From Mycolicibacterium sp. (GTDB lineage: Bacteria > Actinomycetota > Actinomycetes > Mycobacteriales > Mycobacteriaceae), in assembly GCF_032117575.1 (NCBI RefSeq), contig NZ_JAULZA010000034.1: 64,000 nt of DNA. One strand, given 5' to 3'. The position numbers and the translations under genes are program-made. Positions within the stretch are counted from its first letter, which is position 1; each line of letters opens with the position of its first letter. Below are positions 19,386-29,716 of this stretch, in pieces. The notes under the pieces were generated by a model that saw nothing but the letters and a program-made list of their open reading frames with translations, was not told the DNA's origin and made no database searches.

Positions 19386-20402
19386 GTGAGCAATCGGGAT
19401 CGCAAGAACGGGGTGCCTACCACGGTGACCTCGATCCCGCTGGTGGACCCACACGCTGTATCCGCCAACGCTTCCATCGGAGAGCTCGTCCGGGACGCCA
19501 CTACCCAGATGTCCACGCTGGTGCGCGCGGAGGTGGAGCTGGCCAAGGCGGAGATCACCCGTGATGTGAAGAAGGGCCTCACCGGCAGTGTGTTCTTCAT
19601 CCTCGCCCTGGTGGTGCTGCTCTACTCCACGTTCTTCATGTTCCTTTTCCTCGCGGAGCTGCTGGATACCTGGTTGTGGCGCTGGGCCGCTTTCCTGATC
19701 GTATTCGTGCTGATGCTCGTCGTCACAGCGGTGCTCGCGCTACTGGGCTTTTTGAAGGTGCGTCGAATCCGCGGTCCGAAACAGGCCATCGAATCGGTCA
19801 AGGAGACCACCGCGGCGCTGACCCCGGGGCTGGCGAAGTTCAAGGGAACGGCACCCGTTGCGTCGGCTCCCGCGTTGACCGCGCCCGCTCCGGCGCCGGC
19901 ACCTTCGAAGCCGCGGACACCGGAGCGGACACCGGCGCGGGCCGAGCGGGCCGAGCGGGCCGTTCATGCACCCATCGCACCGGCTGCTGTTGCCTATGAA
20001 GAAGCGGTGACCGAAGCGGTGACCTACGAAGAGCCGGTCACCTACGAAGAAGCCGTCGTCTACGAAGAGCCCGTCACCTACAGCGAGCCCGTCACCTACG
20101 AAGAAGCCGTCGTCTACGAAGAGCCGGTCACCTACGAAGAAGCCGTCGTCTACGAAGAGCCCGTCACCTACAGCGAGCCGGTCTCCTACGAACAGGTCGT
20201 CGTCTACGAAGAGCCCGTCACCTACAGCGAGCCGGTCTACGAGTCCTCGGTGACCTATGAGGAATCAGCTGAATCCACCGCATCGGTGAGCTACCAGGCC
20301 GAGGAAACGCAGCACGACCCGACCACCGCGATATTCGCCGATCCCGACACCCCCGGGACCATCGATCACGACCGGTTGCCCCGCGACCCCTCGGGTCGGT
20401 GA
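19386..20402 (+). CDS. Holin-X/DUF1469-family membrane protein (Rv3669 orthologue) with a long acidic repeat C-terminal extension
   Basis: SIGELVRDATTQMSTLVRAEVELAKAE, two TM helices, RRIRGP; GGAGGA RBS before the GTG at 19386; repeat tail. Confidence 0.85.
   Translation: MSNRDRKNGVPTTVTSIPLVDPHAVSANASIGELVRDATTQMSTLVRAEVELAKAEITRDVKKGLTGSVFFILALVVLLYSTFFMFLFLAELLDTWLWRWAAFLIVFVLMLVVTAVLALLGFLKVRRIRGPKQAIESVKETTAALTPGLAKFKGTAPVASAPALTAPAPAPAPSKPRTPERTPARAERAERAVHAPIAPAAVAYEEAVTEAVTYEEPVTYEEAVVYEEPVTYSEPVTYEEAVVYEEPVTYEEAVVYEEPVTYSEPVSYEQVVVYEEPVTYSEPVYESSVTYEESAESTASVSYQAEETQHDPTTAIFADPDTPGTIDHDRLPRDPSGR
19995..20267 (+). repeat. Coding 18-bp tandem repeat (hexapeptides YEEPVT/YEEAVV/YSEPVT), about 15 Tyr-anchored units
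   Basis: Repeated TACGAAGAGCCSGTCACC, TACGAAGAAGCCGTCGTC and TACAGCGAGCCSGTC with 36/54-bp higher-order blocks. Confidence 0.95.
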
Positions 20403-21346
20403 TGAATCAGCCGGACCCGTCGGTCACCCGCATCGCGGGTCCGTGGCGCCATCACGACGTCCACGCCAACGGCATCCGGTTCCAGTGCGTCGAGGCGATC
20501 TCCGATCCCGACGACGAAACGCCGCCCACCGCGCGGCCACTGGTGCTGCTGCTGCACGGGTTCGGCTCGTTCTGGTGGTCATGGCGCCATCAGCTGCGCG
20601 GCCTGTCCGGTGCCCGGGTGGTGGCTGTGGACCTGCGGGGCTACGGCGGCAGCGACAAACCGCCGCGCGGGTACGACGGCTGGACTCTGGCCGGTGACAC
20701 CGCCGGCCTGATCCGCGCGCTCGGACACACCACGGCGACGCTGGTCGGTCACGCCGACGGTGGCCTGGTCTGCTGGGCCACCGCGGTCCTGCATTCGCGA
20801 ATGATCAATGCCATCGCGCTGGTGAGTTCACCGCACCCGGCAGCCCTGCGCAGATCGGTGCTGACCAACAGCGACCAGCGCCGCGCCGTGCTGCCCTACC
20901 TGATGCGCTATCAGGTGCCGCGCTGGCCGGAGCACGTGCTGACCCGCGACAACGCCGACGAACTCGAGGTACTGGTGCGCAGCCGTTCGTCAGGGAAATG
21001 GCTTGCCTCCGAAGACTTCTCGGAGACGATCGCCTACCTGCGTCAGGCCATCCAGATCCCGTCGGCGGCGCACTCCGCACTGGAGTATCAGCGCTGGGCG
21101 GTACGCAGCCAGACCCGAAGCGAGGGCCGGCGATTCATGAAACTCATGGACCGTCGACTCGACGTGCCGCTGTTGCACATTCGCGGCGACGCCGACCCCT
21201 ACGTGCTCGGCGACCCGGTGGACCGTAGCCGCCGATACACCTCACGCGGCCTCTTCGTCGGCCTGTCTGGCATCGGCCACTACGCGCACGAGGAGTCGCC
21301 CGACGGTGTCAACGACGAACTGCAGCGGTTCCTGACTGCGCTGTAG
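20402..21346 (+). CDS. ephE: Alpha/beta-fold (epoxide) hydrolase (Rv3670)
   Basis: LLHGFG, DLRGYGGS, VGHADGG and GHYAHEE motifs; TGATG overlap with the upstream gene. Confidence 0.85.
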   Translation: MNQPDPSVTRIAGPWRHHDVHANGIRFQCVEAISDPDDETPPTARPLVLLLHGFGSFWWSWRHQLRGLSGARVVAVDLRGYGGSDKPPRGYDGWTLAGDTAGLIRALGHTTATLVGHADGGLVCWATAVLHSRMINAIALVSSPHPAALRRSVLTNSDQRRAVLPYLMRYQVPRWPEHVLTRDNADELEVLVRSRSSGKWLASEDFSETIAYLRQAIQIPSAAHSALEYQRWAVRSQTRSEGRRFMKLMDRRLDVPLLHIRGDADPYVLGDPVDRSRRYTSRGLFVGLSGIGHYAHEESPDGVNDELQRFLTAL

Positions 21347-21352
21347 CTGCGC

Positions 21353-22537
21353 TCAACCGCCGACGCACGCCCCAGTGGGCACCTTCGCGGTGTTGCCGAT
21401 CTTGGCAAGCTGACGCGACACCTCGTCGGTGGTCATGACAAAGCCGGTGTCGTTGTCGTCCACCGCCGCGCCGAACACCACGCCGATCACCTGGCCGGCG
21501 CGGTTGATCATCGGGCCACCCGAATTGCCTTGCCGCACAAGCCCCCGGATCGTGTAGACCTCACGATTGACCGTGGTGGTCTTGTAGATGTCCGGGCCGT
21601 TGAGCTCGATGATCTCCCGGACCCGCGCCGGGGTCGCAACAAACTCACCGCCACCGGGAAAGCCGAGCACCACCGCGTCCGTACCGGTCTTGGCCGGCTC
21701 CTGCGCGAAAACCAACGGCTGCTGCGGCAGGTTCGGCACATCCAGGATTGAGATGTCGGCCGCCGGGTCGTAGGACACCACCGTCGCGTCGTAGGTGTTG
21801 CCCTCGGCCTCGACGGTCACGCTGTCCGAACCGGCGACCACATGCGCGTTGGACATCACCCGATTGGGCGCGATGACGAATCCGGTGCCTTCCAGCACCT
21901 TCTGGCAGGCCGTCGCCACGCCCCGGATCTTCACCACGCTGGGACGCGACTTGGCCACCACCAAACTGTCGGCCAGCGAGGCGTCGGGCGCGTCGACCAC
22001 CGGGTTCGCCCGGCCCACCGGCTCCAGGGCGTTTTTGAGACCGGAGATGGTCAGCAGTGACGAGATCCGCTTGGGTACCGCCCGCAGCCACTCCGGGGCG
22101 TACTTGTCGACCTCGGTGACGACCCGCGATCCCTTGACCGCGGACGCCAGGTTGGTCTGGCTGGACGTCATGAGGGGGCTGCCCAGCAGCCAGGCGGCGA
22201 TCAGCACGACGACCAGTTGCAGCGCCACCCCGATAAAGGAGTCGACCACCCGGACCGGTCCGCTGCGGATCGACCCGCGGACCGCTCGGCCCAGGACCAC
22301 ACCGGCCACCTCGCCGATCACCACAAGCACCAGGATCAGCAACAGGGCGGCGAACAGTTTTCCTCGCGAAGTGACATCGCCCACGACGTGCGGGGCAAGC
22401 ATCACTCCGGCGATGGCGCCGAGGACCACCCCGATGAACGACATCAGCGAACCGAGCGCACCCGAGCGCCAGCCGGAGATCGCCGCGATGAGCGCTATGC
22501 CGATGATGGCGATGTCCAGCCACTGCGAACTCGTCAC
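21353..22537 (-). CDS. marP: Acid-resistance membrane serine protease MarP (Rv3671c)
   Basis: Four N-terminal TM helices (CvpA-like) plus an S1 protease domain: NAHVV, DISIL, GNSGGP. Confidence 0.93.
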   Translation of the reverse strand: MTSSQWLDIAIIGIALIAAISGWRSGALGSLMSFIGVVLGAIAGVMLAPHVVGDVTSRGKLFAALLLILVLVVIGEVAGVVLGRAVRGSIRSGPVRVVDSFIGVALQLVVVLIAAWLLGSPLMTSSQTNLASAVKGSRVVTEVDKYAPEWLRAVPKRISSLLTISGLKNALEPVGRANPVVDAPDASLADSLVVAKSRPSVVKIRGVATACQKVLEGTGFVIAPNRVMSNAHVVAGSDSVTVEAEGNTYDATVVSYDPAADISILDVPNLPQQPLVFAQEPAKTGTDAVVLGFPGGGEFVATPARVREIIELNGPDIYKTTTVNREVYTIRGLVRQGNSGGPMINRAGQVIGVVFGAAVDDNDTGFVMTTDEVSRQLAKIGNTAKVPTGACVGG

Positions 22538-23385
22538 ACCGACTCCTCACTGTCGTCGCCGACGAGCTCCGTCGCGTCGTTCAGCTCTCGCACGTCCTGG
22601 GTGTCCCACGGCTGAGCCCATCCGGCCACGTCGAGCATGGCCGAGATTACGTGACCGGTAAAACCCCACACCAGCATGTCGTTGAGCCGGAAAGCCGGTC
22701 CGGCGAAGCGCGGTCCGGCAGCGGGGTGGTACACCATCAGCCGGTTAGCCGGATTGACGAGGGCCCGCAGCGGGATCCGGGCCACCGCGGCAGTCTCGGA
22801 CTCGTTGACGACGGTCACCGGCCCGGGGTCGGCCGAGTAGGCCAGCACCGGCACCACATGGAATCCCGACGGCGGGATGAACATCCGGTCCAGCGTGGCC
22901 AGCGGGTGCAGCCGCGCCGGATCGATTCCGGTCTCCTCGGAGGCCTCCCGCAGCGCGGTGTGCACGGGGCCCGCGTCGTCGGGGTCGACGGCCCCGCCGG
23001 GGAAGGCGGCCTGCCCGGCGTGATGACGCAAGGTGCCAGCACGCACGAGGAGCAGCAGGTCGGAATCATCGGGCACCTGACCGGCCGGGTGCTCCGGCGG
23101 CCCGGAGAACAGCACCAGCACCGCCGCATCGCGGGAGGACGGAGCGCCCACACCACTCAGTGCGGCGAGCACCTCCGCCGGCAACCGGCGGCGGAACACA
23201 CCGGGAACCCGGTCGAGGTTGTCCACCAGGGGGGCCAGCCACGGCGGCCGCAGCTGCGGGCGGAGCGGTTCGGCTGTGCTCATCGGGATTCTGTGCGACC
23301 CCTCGTCGCCGATCGGGATTCTGTGCGACCCCTCGTCGCCGATCGGGACACAGTGCGACCCCTCGTCACCGGCACCCCTGGTCAC
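22534..23385 (-). CDS. Nudix CoA pyrophosphatase (Rv3672c orthologue)
   Basis: LRHHAGQAAFPGG motif, Nudix box GAVDPDD...ALREASEETG and VWGFTG. Alternative ATG at 23283 after the repeat. Confidence 0.9.
   Translation of the reverse strand: MTRGAGDEGSHCVPIGDEGSHRIPIGDEGSHRIPMSTAEPLRPQLRPPWLAPLVDNLDRVPGVFRRRLPAEVLAALSGVGAPSSRDAAVLVLFSGPPEHPAGQVPDDSDLLLLVRAGTLRHHAGQAAFPGGAVDPDDAGPVHTALREASEETGIDPARLHPLATLDRMFIPPSGFHVVPVLAYSADPGPVTVVNESETAAVARIPLRALVNPANRLMVYHPAAGPRFAGPAFRLNDMLVWGFTGHVISAMLDVAGWAQPWDTQDVRELNDATELVGDDSEESV
23282..23371. repeat. 3 x 30-bp tandem repeat at the tlpA/nudix junction
   Basis: ATCGGGATTCTGTGCGACCCCTCGTCGCCG twice, identical, plus one diverged copy; encodes GDEGSHxxP(I/M) three times. 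Confidence 0.95.
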
Positions 23386-24017
23386 CGCAGGGCCGCGTCC
23401 ACCGCAGCAGCGATGTCATCGGCGCTGGTGAAGGGCTGTGGCAGCACCTTGGCCACGCTACCGTCCCGGCGCAGCACCACCGTGGCTGGCATGACGTTGG
23501 GCACAGCGAGCGCCGCGGCGATACTGCGCCGCCCGTCCTGCAGCACCGGTAACCGCACACCCAGCTCGGCCATCAGCAGCAGCGCGGCCAACTCGTTCTC
23601 GTCCTGATGCACCGTCACGACCGTCACGGATTCCCCGGCGCGGCGCTGATACTCCTGCATCGCGGGCAGTTCGTCCGCGCACGGCCCGCACCAGTAGGCC
23701 CACAGGTTGAGCACCACCGTGCGATCGGCCAGGACCCGGGCGGCGTCGACCTCGGTGCCGTCGGCGGCACACTCGACCAGCACGTCGCGCAGTTGACCGG
23801 GACCGGCGCCGCTACCGACTGGGCAGGCCGGCAGATCGGCCAGTTTCCGCGGTTCGGCCAGCGCTTCGGGGGTGTCGGCGTCGCGGTGCGTGCGAGCTGG
23901 TCCGGCGCCGGCCGCCTCCGGCTGCGCCGGCCGCTCGACGAGTTTCATGGTCATCGCGACGGCCAGTGCGACCAGGACGGCCAGCACCGCCAGCGTCCAG
24001 CGGGTCGACGTTCGCAT
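23382..24017 (-). CDS. Membrane-anchored TlpA-family thioredoxin (Rv3673c)
   Basis: N-terminal TM helix; NLWAYWCGPC active site; cis-Pro region VMPAT. Confidence 0.9.
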   Translation of the reverse strand: MRTSTRWTLAVLAVLVALAVAMTMKLVERPAQPEAAGAGPARTHRDADTPEALAEPRKLADLPACPVGSGAGPGQLRDVLVECAADGTEVDAARVLADRTVVLNLWAYWCGPCADELPAMQEYQRRAGESVTVVTVHQDENELAALLLMAELGVRLPVLQDGRRSIAAALAVPNVMPATVVLRRDGSVAKVLPQPFTSADDIAAAVDAALR

Positions 24018-24030
24018 CAAGAATCCATGC

Positions 24031-24801
24031 CTACAACCCGGCCAACGCCAGCAGGTGTTCGGTCTCGGGCCCCCGTACCAGCCCCGCGGCCGCCAGGGGG
24101 TCGGTGGGCCCGGTGCCGTACGACGGGCAGTCCCGGGCCAGCACGCACACCCCGCACGCGGGCTTGCGGGCATGGCAGACCCGGCGGCCGTGGAAGATCA
24201 CCCGGTGGCTCAGCAGCGTCCACTCCCGGCGCTCGATGAGCGCGCCGACGGCGTGCTCGACCTTGACCGGATCGGTCTCGGCGGTCCAGCGCCAGCGTCG
24301 GGCCAGCCTTCCGAAGTGGGTGTCAACAGTGATGCCCGGTATGTCGAAGGCGTTGCCGAGAATCACGTTGGCGGTCTTGCGGCCCACTCCGGGCAGGGTC
24401 ACCAGTTGCTCCAGGGTGCGCGGCACTTTGCCGTCGAACCGCTCGACCAGTTCCTGTCCGAGCCGGATCAGTGAGGTGGTCTTGTTGCGGTAGAAGCCGG
24501 TGGGCCTGATCAATTCCTCGAGCTCGGTGCGGTTGGCCTCGGCGTAGTCGCGCGCTGTGCGGTACTTCGCGAACACGGCGGGGGTGGTCAGGTTGACCCG
24601 CTTATCGGTGCTTTGCGCCGACAGAATGGTGGCGACGGCAAGTTCGAGCGGGTTGGTGAAATCCAATTCGCAGTAGACATGCGGGAACGCCACCGCCAAC
24701 GTCCGGTTCATCCGGCGGGCGCGCCGCACCAGGCCCAGATGCGTCTCGGCATCCCACTTCCCGGTCGGCGTCGCCAACCGATCTGAGGACCTCGCCGCCA
24801 T
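24031..24801 (-). CDS. nth: Endonuclease III
   Basis: ILSAQSTD, helix-hairpin-helix [13 protein letters not shown] and the 4Fe-4S motif C-x6-C-x2-C-x5-C. Confidence 0.97.
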   Translation of the reverse strand: MAARSSDRLATPTGKWDAETHLGLVRRARRMNRTLAVAFPHVYCELDFTNPLELAVATILSAQSTDKRVNLTTPAVFAKYRTARDYAEANRTELEELIRPTGFYRNKTTSLIRLGQELVERFDGKVPRTLEQLVTLPGVGRKTANVILGNAFDIPGITVDTHFGRLARRWRWTAETDPVKVEHAVGALIERREWTLLSHRVIFHGRRVCHARKPACGVCVLARDCPSYGTGPTDPLAAAGLVRGPETEHLLALAGL

Positions 24802-24882
24802 CTGAGCCAGGGTACTGACCGCCGACAGACCGGTGGCATTTCGTGATCCCGATGAGACGTTGCGCCGGTTTACTTGCCGCCT

Positions 24883-25188
24883 ATGTCATGGTTGGTCGCG
24901 GTGTCGTTCCCCGCGCTGCTGATGCTGTTCACGCTCGGCTTGCAGCGCCTGGAAAGCCTGGTACACGGCGACCCCCCGTCGGCGTGCGAAGTGGTCACGC
25001 GATTGGAGCGCGCGGCCCGGGCCGCGCGGCAGAAAGCAGCACATCGGACGCTGACCGAACTGGCTTCCTCCCACCCGGCGTCTCAGCCGCCGCCCCGATT
25101 CGACCCCGTACTTCTCATCGACGAGCCCGGCCTGCCAACCCGTCCAAATCCACTATTTCAACCAACGGGATTCGCGAACCGTGTGTAG
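24883..25188 (+). CDS. Small membrane protein (Rv3675 orthologue)
   Basis: N-terminal hydrophobic [24 protein letters not shown] and C-terminal ANRV; lies between nth and crp. Confidence 0.75.
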   Translation: MSWLVAVSFPALLMLFTLGLQRLESLVHGDPPSACEVVTRLERAARAARQKAAHRTLTELASSHPASQPPPRFDPVLLIDEPGLPTRPNPLFQPTGFANRV

Positions 25189-25280
25189 CGTTGACATTCG
25201 TCGAGACCGCCTAAGCATTAGGCTTGAGTAAGCGGTAGCGTCAGCGCGCAACAGGCACCCGCACGAGCTGAGAGGGACAC

Positions 25281-25955
25281 GTGGACGAGATCCTGGCCAG
25301 GGCCGGAATCTTCCAGGGCGTTGATCCGACCGCGGTATCCGCCCTCACCAAGCAACTGCAGCCGGTCGATTTTCCGCGCGGACACACGGTGTTCTCCGAA
25401 GGCGAGCCGGGTGACCGGCTCTACATCATCCTCACCGGCAAGGTGAAGATCGGCCGGCGTTCCCCGGATGGCCGGGAGAACCTGCTGACGATCATGGGTC
25501 CCTCCGACATGTTCGGCGAGCTCTCGATCTTCGACCCCGGACCCCGGACGTCGAGCGCCACCACCATCACCGAGGTGCGCGCGGTCTCGATGGACCGCGA
25601 CGCGCTGCGGGCGTGGATCGCCGATCGCCCGGAGATCGCCGAGCAGCTGCTGCGGGTGCTCGCACGCCGGTTGCGGCGCACGAACAACAACTTGGCCGAC
25701 CTCATCTTCACCGACGTTCCGGGCCGAGTGGCCAAGCAGCTGCTGCAGCTCGCGCAGCGGTTCGGCACCCAGGAGGGTGGTGCCATGCGAGTCACCCACG
25801 ATCTGACGCAAGAAGAGATCGCCCAGCTCGTCGGCGCCTCCCGCGAGACGGTCAACAAAGCGCTGGCAGACTTCGCCCACCGCGGGTGGATCCGGCTGGA
25901 AGGCAAGAGCGTTCTGATCTGCGACTCCGAGCGGCTGGCAAGACGGGCGCGGTAA
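25281..25955 (+). CDS. crp: cAMP receptor protein CRP (Rv3676)
   Basis: cNMP pocket FGELS...PRTSSA; [21 protein letters not shown]; 224 aa. Confidence 0.97.
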   Translation: MDEILARAGIFQGVDPTAVSALTKQLQPVDFPRGHTVFSEGEPGDRLYIILTGKVKIGRRSPDGRENLLTIMGPSDMFGELSIFDPGPRTSSATTITEVRAVSMDRDALRAWIADRPEIAEQLLRVLARRLRRTNNNLADLIFTDVPGRVAKQLLQLAQRFGTQEGGAMRVTHDLTQEEIAQLVGASRETVNKALADFAHRGWIRLEGKSVLICDSERLARRAR

Positions 25956-26009
25956 CCACCGCGACATTGCGCTGACGCAGGTGACCTCTCGGTGTTTTTC
26001 TGCCTGCCG

Positions 26010-26828
26010 TCAATCTCGGCGCAGGTAGTCCAGCTGTGCCCGCACCGATGATTCAGCGGCGTCCCAGAGCGTGGTGTCGACGTCGGCGTAGACATGCTCG
26101 ACGACTTGCCTCGGCGTCGCGTCCTCACCCAGCACCCGCAAAGCGCTTCGCACCTGTTCCAGGCGCTCCTGCCGATGTGCCAGGTACACGTCCGCGACAG
26201 CGGCCACGTCAGCCAACTCGGGCCCGTGGCCGGGTAACACCGTGCGCGGGCCCAGCCCACGGAGCCGACGCAGCGAATGCAGATAGTCGGCCAGGTTGCC
26301 GTCCTCGGCGTCGATGACGGCGGTGCCCCGGCCGAGCACGGTGTCGGCCGTCAGCACCGCGTCGTCGAGCACGAAGCTCATCGAGTCCGCGGTGTGACCG
26401 GGCGTCGACAACACCTCGATCCGCAGGCCGGCGGCCTCGATCACCTCGCCGTCGCGCAGGTAGCCGCCGCGCCCGCGCAGGAATCCGCTGCCGACCGACC
26501 GGACCGCCGCGCCGGTGGCATCGACGAGCTTGTCGATCCCATCGGTGTGGTCGCCGTGCCGGTGACTGATCAGGACCACAGCGATCCGGCCCAGCCCGGC
26601 GACCCGCGCAATGTGTTCGTCGTCGTCAGGGCCGGGGTCGACCACCACGCACTCGGGGTTGCCCGGCGCGCGCAGCACCCAGGTGTTGGTTCCCTCCAGC
26701 GTCAACGGCCCGGGGTTGTGGCACAACAGGACCGCAGCCGTGTCGGTGACCTGCCGCAGCAGGCCGTAAGCCGGATGGCCTCCGCCGGTGGTCGATTGCG
26801 CCCCGGTTAGAACCGGCTTCGAGGTCAA
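26010..26828 (-). CDS. Metallo-beta-lactamase-fold hydrolase (Rv3677c)
   Basis: NPGPLTLEGTNTW, HRHGDH, PGHT and LPGHG motifs. Confidence 0.9.
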   Translation of the reverse strand: MTSKPVLTGAQSTTGGGHPAYGLLRQVTDTAAVLLCHNPGPLTLEGTNTWVLRAPGNPECVVVDPGPDDDEHIARVAGLGRIAVVLISHRHGDHTDGIDKLVDATGAAVRSVGSGFLRGRGGYLRDGEVIEAAGLRIEVLSTPGHTADSMSFVLDDAVLTADTVLGRGTAVIDAEDGNLADYLHSLRRLRGLGPRTVLPGHGPELADVAAVADVYLAHRQERLEQVRSALRVLGEDATPRQVVEHVYADVDTTLWDAAESSVRAQLDYLRRD

Positions 26829-27280
26829 TCGACCTCGACGATGAGTTCCACCTCGACCGGTGCGTCCAACGGCAACGACGTAACGCCCACCGCGGAGCGG
26901 GCGTGCGCACCGGCGGCGCCGAACACCTGGCCGAGAAGCTCCGACGCGCCATTGATCACGCCGGGTTGACCGGTGAAACCAGGAGCCGAGGCGACGAAGC
27001 CGACCACCTTCACCACCCGGACCACCGAGTCGAGACCAACCAGGGCGTCGATGGCGGCCAGTCCGTTCAGCGCGCAGGTGCGGGCCGCCACCTTGCCCTC
27101 TTCGGCGCTCACCTCGGCACCGACCTTGCCCGAATGGGTGGGTTCGCCGGCTTCGAGCGGCAGCTGTCCGGACGTATAGACCAGATTGCCCGTCCGAACG
27201 GCCGGAACGTAGGCGGCCAACGGAGTGGCTACCGACGGCAGCGTGATATCCAGTTCGGCCAGCCGGGCCTTGGCGCTCAC
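26825..27280 (-). CDS. RidA/YjgF family protein (Rv3678c)
   Basis: YTSGQLP, HARSAVG and VEVE motifs. Confidence 0.92.
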   Translation of the reverse strand: MSAKARLAELDITLPSVATPLAAYVPAVRTGNLVYTSGQLPLEAGEPTHSGKVGAEVSAEEGKVAARTCALNGLAAIDALVGLDSVVRVVKVVGFVASAPGFTGQPGVINGASELLGQVFGAAGAHARSAVGVTSLPLDAPVEVELIVEVD

Positions 27281-27438
27281 TTCGGCCTCTTCAGGTATGC
27301 GACGTGCTGCTCGCCGGTCGGACCCTGCAACACCGACACCAGCTCCCAGCCGTCAGCACCCCACTGGTCGAGGATCTGCTTGGTCGCATGAGTCAGCAGC
27401 GGCACCGTCGCGTACTCCCACGTTGTTGGTTGGCTCAT
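27277..27438 (-). CDS. DUF4177 small protein (Rv3678A orthologue), 53 aa, not in the ORF track
   Basis: Translated by hand: MSQPTTWEYATVPLLTHATKQILDQWGADGWELVSVLQGPTGEQHVAYLKRPK. GTGA overlap with ridA; TAGGCT -10 box 6 nt before the ATG. Confidence 0.9.
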   Translation of the reverse strand: MSQPTTWEYATVPLLTHATKQILDQWGADGWELVSVLQGPTGEQHVAYLKRPK

Positions 27439-27501
27439 GACGGAAGCCTAACCTCCTGCCGATTAACCAGGCGCCGCTATGACCTTGGATAGCATGCACT
27501 G

Positions 27502-28521
27502 GTGACGACCATCCCGAGTGGCGGCAGCGCAGTCGGCTGGCCCGACCGCCTGACCCAGGCCCGACTGCACTTCGTCACCGGCAAGGGAGGAACCGGCAAG
27601 ACCACCGTCGCGGCAGCTCTCGCGCTGACCCTCGCCGCCGGCGGCCGGCGGGTGTTGCTAGCGGAAGTCGAAGGGCGCCAAGGGATTGCGCAGCTTTTCG
27701 ATGTTCCCCCGCTGCCGTATCAAGAAGTCAAAGTGGCCACCGCCGAGGCGGGCGGACATGTCAATGCTCTGGCGGTCGACATCGAAGCGGCGTTCATGGA
27801 GTACCTCGACATGTTCTACAACCTGGGCCTCGCCGGGCGGGCGATGCGCAGGGTCGGTGCCATCGAGTTCGCCACCACGATCGCCCCTGGTCTGCGCGAT
27901 GTTCTGCTGACCGGGAAGATCAAGGAAGCCGCGGTGCGGCTCGGCCCGGACAACCGGCCGGTGTACGACGCTATCGTCGTGGACTCCCCGCCGACGGGCC
28001 GTATCGCCCGGTTCCTCGACGTCACCAAGGCGTTGGCCAGCCTGGCCAAGGGCGGTCCGGTGCATGGGCAGTCCGAAGGCGTGGTCCGACTGCTGCACTC
28101 CGAGCAGACCGCCATCCATCTGGTCACTCTGCTGGAGGCGCTGCCCATCCAGGAGACCATCGAGGCCATCGAGGAGCTGGAGAGTCTCGGCCTGCCGATC
28201 GGCACTGTGATCGTGAACCGGAACATCCCCCCCTTCCTGCCGGCCGACGCACTGGCCCCGGCGGCCGACGGCGACCTCGACGCCGACGCGGTGCGGTCCG
28301 GGTTGTCGCGGGCCGGAATCGACCTGCCCGACCACGATTTCGCGGGTTTGCTCACCGAGACCATCGAGCACGCCAGCCGGATTAGGGCCCGCTCGGAGAG
28401 CGCACTGGAGTTGGAGAAAATCAGTGTGCCCCGGCTGGAACTGCCGACCATCGCCGACGGCGTGGATCTGGGCAGCCTTTACGAACTCGCCGACATTCTT
28501 GCCCAGCAGGGCGTCAGATAG
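27502..28521 (+). CDS. ArsA/Get3-family ATPase (Rv3679, BagA-like)
   Basis: GKGGTGKTT and VDSPPTG motifs; paired with the downstream paralogue. Confidence 0.9.
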   Translation: MTTIPSGGSAVGWPDRLTQARLHFVTGKGGTGKTTVAAALALTLAAGGRRVLLAEVEGRQGIAQLFDVPPLPYQEVKVATAEAGGHVNALAVDIEAAFMEYLDMFYNLGLAGRAMRRVGAIEFATTIAPGLRDVLLTGKIKEAAVRLGPDNRPVYDAIVVDSPPTGRIARFLDVTKALASLAKGGPVHGQSEGVVRLLHSEQTAIHLVTLLEALPIQETIEAIEELESLGLPIGTVIVNRNIPPFLPADALAPAADGDLDADAVRSGLSRAGIDLPDHDFAGLLTETIEHASRIRARSESALELEKISVPRLELPTIADGVDLGSLYELADILAQQGVR

Positions 28522-28539
28522 CGCGATGATGGGAGTCTT

Positions 28540-29682
28540 ATGAGCGGGGCGCCTCCAGCGCTGGACATGAAGTCCATCCTGTCCGACAGGACCAACCGGG
28601 TGGTGGTGTGTTGCGGCGCCGGCGGTGTCGGCAAGACCACCACCGCGGCGGCGATGGCGTTGCGCGCAGCGGAGTACGGCCGCACCGTCGTGGTGCTGAC
28701 CATCGACCCGGCCAAGCGGCTCGCCCAGGCACTGGGCATCAAAGAACTCGGCAACGAGCCGCAGCGGGTTCCGCTCGGCGAGGAGGTGGCCGGGCAGCTG
28801 CACGCCATGATGCTCGATATGCGCCGCACCTTCGATGACATGGTGCTGGAACACTCCGATCCTGTACGCGCAGAAGCGATTATGAACAACACGTTCTATC
28901 AGACGGTGGCGACATCGCTGTCTGGAACACAGGAGTACATGGCCATGGAGAAGCTGGGCCAGCTGCTCCATCAGGATCGCTGGGATCTGGTCGTGGTCGA
29001 TACCCCGCCGTCGCGCAACGCCCTGGATTTCCTCGACGCACCCAAGCGGCTGGGCAACTTCATGGACAGCCGGATGTGGAAGCTCTTCCTAGGCCCGGGC
29101 CGCGGTTTCGGCAAGCTGGTGACCGGTGTCATGGGCCTTGCGATGAAGGCGCTGTCGACGATCGTCGGCTCGCAGATGCTGTCCGACGCCGCCACGTTCG
29201 TGCAGTCGCTGGATGCCACCTTCGGCGGCTTCCGGCAGAAGGCCGAAAGGACCTACGAATTACTCAAGCGGCACGGCACCCAGTTCGTGGTGGTCGCGGC
29301 AGCCGAACCCGACGCGCTACGCGAGGCGGCGTTCTTCGTCGACCGGCTGTCTGAGGAGAACATGCCGCTGGCGGGCCTGATCCTAAATCGGACCCATCCG
29401 ATGCTCTGCCCGCTGACGGTGGAGCGCGCCATCGACGGTGCGGCGGAACTAGAGTCGCGGCTGGCAGCCTCGCCCGATGCCGCGGGCGACGAGCTGACCG
29501 CAGGGGTGCTGCGGATCCACGCCGACCGCGGCCAGACCGCCAAGCGGGAGGTGCGGTTGCTGTCGCGGTTCACCGGCGCCAACCCGAAGGTACGGGTGGT
29601 GGGTGTGCCGTCACTGCCCTTCGACGTGTCCGATATGAACGCGTTGCAGGCGATCGCCGATCAGATCACCGGCGAGACGTAA
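28540..29682 (+). CDS. ArsA/Get3-family ATPase (Rv3680, BagB-like)
   Basis: GAGGVGKTT (no signature Lys), TIDPA and VDTPP motifs. Confidence 0.9.
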   Translation: MSGAPPALDMKSILSDRTNRVVVCCGAGGVGKTTTAAAMALRAAEYGRTVVVLTIDPAKRLAQALGIKELGNEPQRVPLGEEVAGQLHAMMLDMRRTFDDMVLEHSDPVRAEAIMNNTFYQTVATSLSGTQEYMAMEKLGQLLHQDRWDLVVVDTPPSRNALDFLDAPKRLGNFMDSRMWKLFLGPGRGFGKLVTGVMGLAMKALSTIVGSQMLSDAATFVQSLDATFGGFRQKAERTYELLKRHGTQFVVVAAAEPDALREAAFFVDRLSEENMPLAGLILNRTHPMLCPLTVERAIDGAAELESRLAASPDAAGDELTAGVLRIHADRGQTAKREVRLLSRFTGANPKVRVVGVPSLPFDVSDMNALQAIADQITGET

Positions 29683-29716
29683 GCGCCTCGCAACGGGCGT
29701 CGGTGTGACGAGCGGG

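Noticed and set aside
19386-20402. 'Phage holin' family gene as evidence of a prophage
   Set aside because: It is a core-genome Rv3669 orthologue in conserved synteny, and there are no phage genes in the window.
23282-23371. Tandem repeats (here, 19995-20267 and 38664-38726) as CRISPR arrays
   Set aside because: Units are directly adjacent with no unique spacers, they are coding and in frame, and there are no cas genes.
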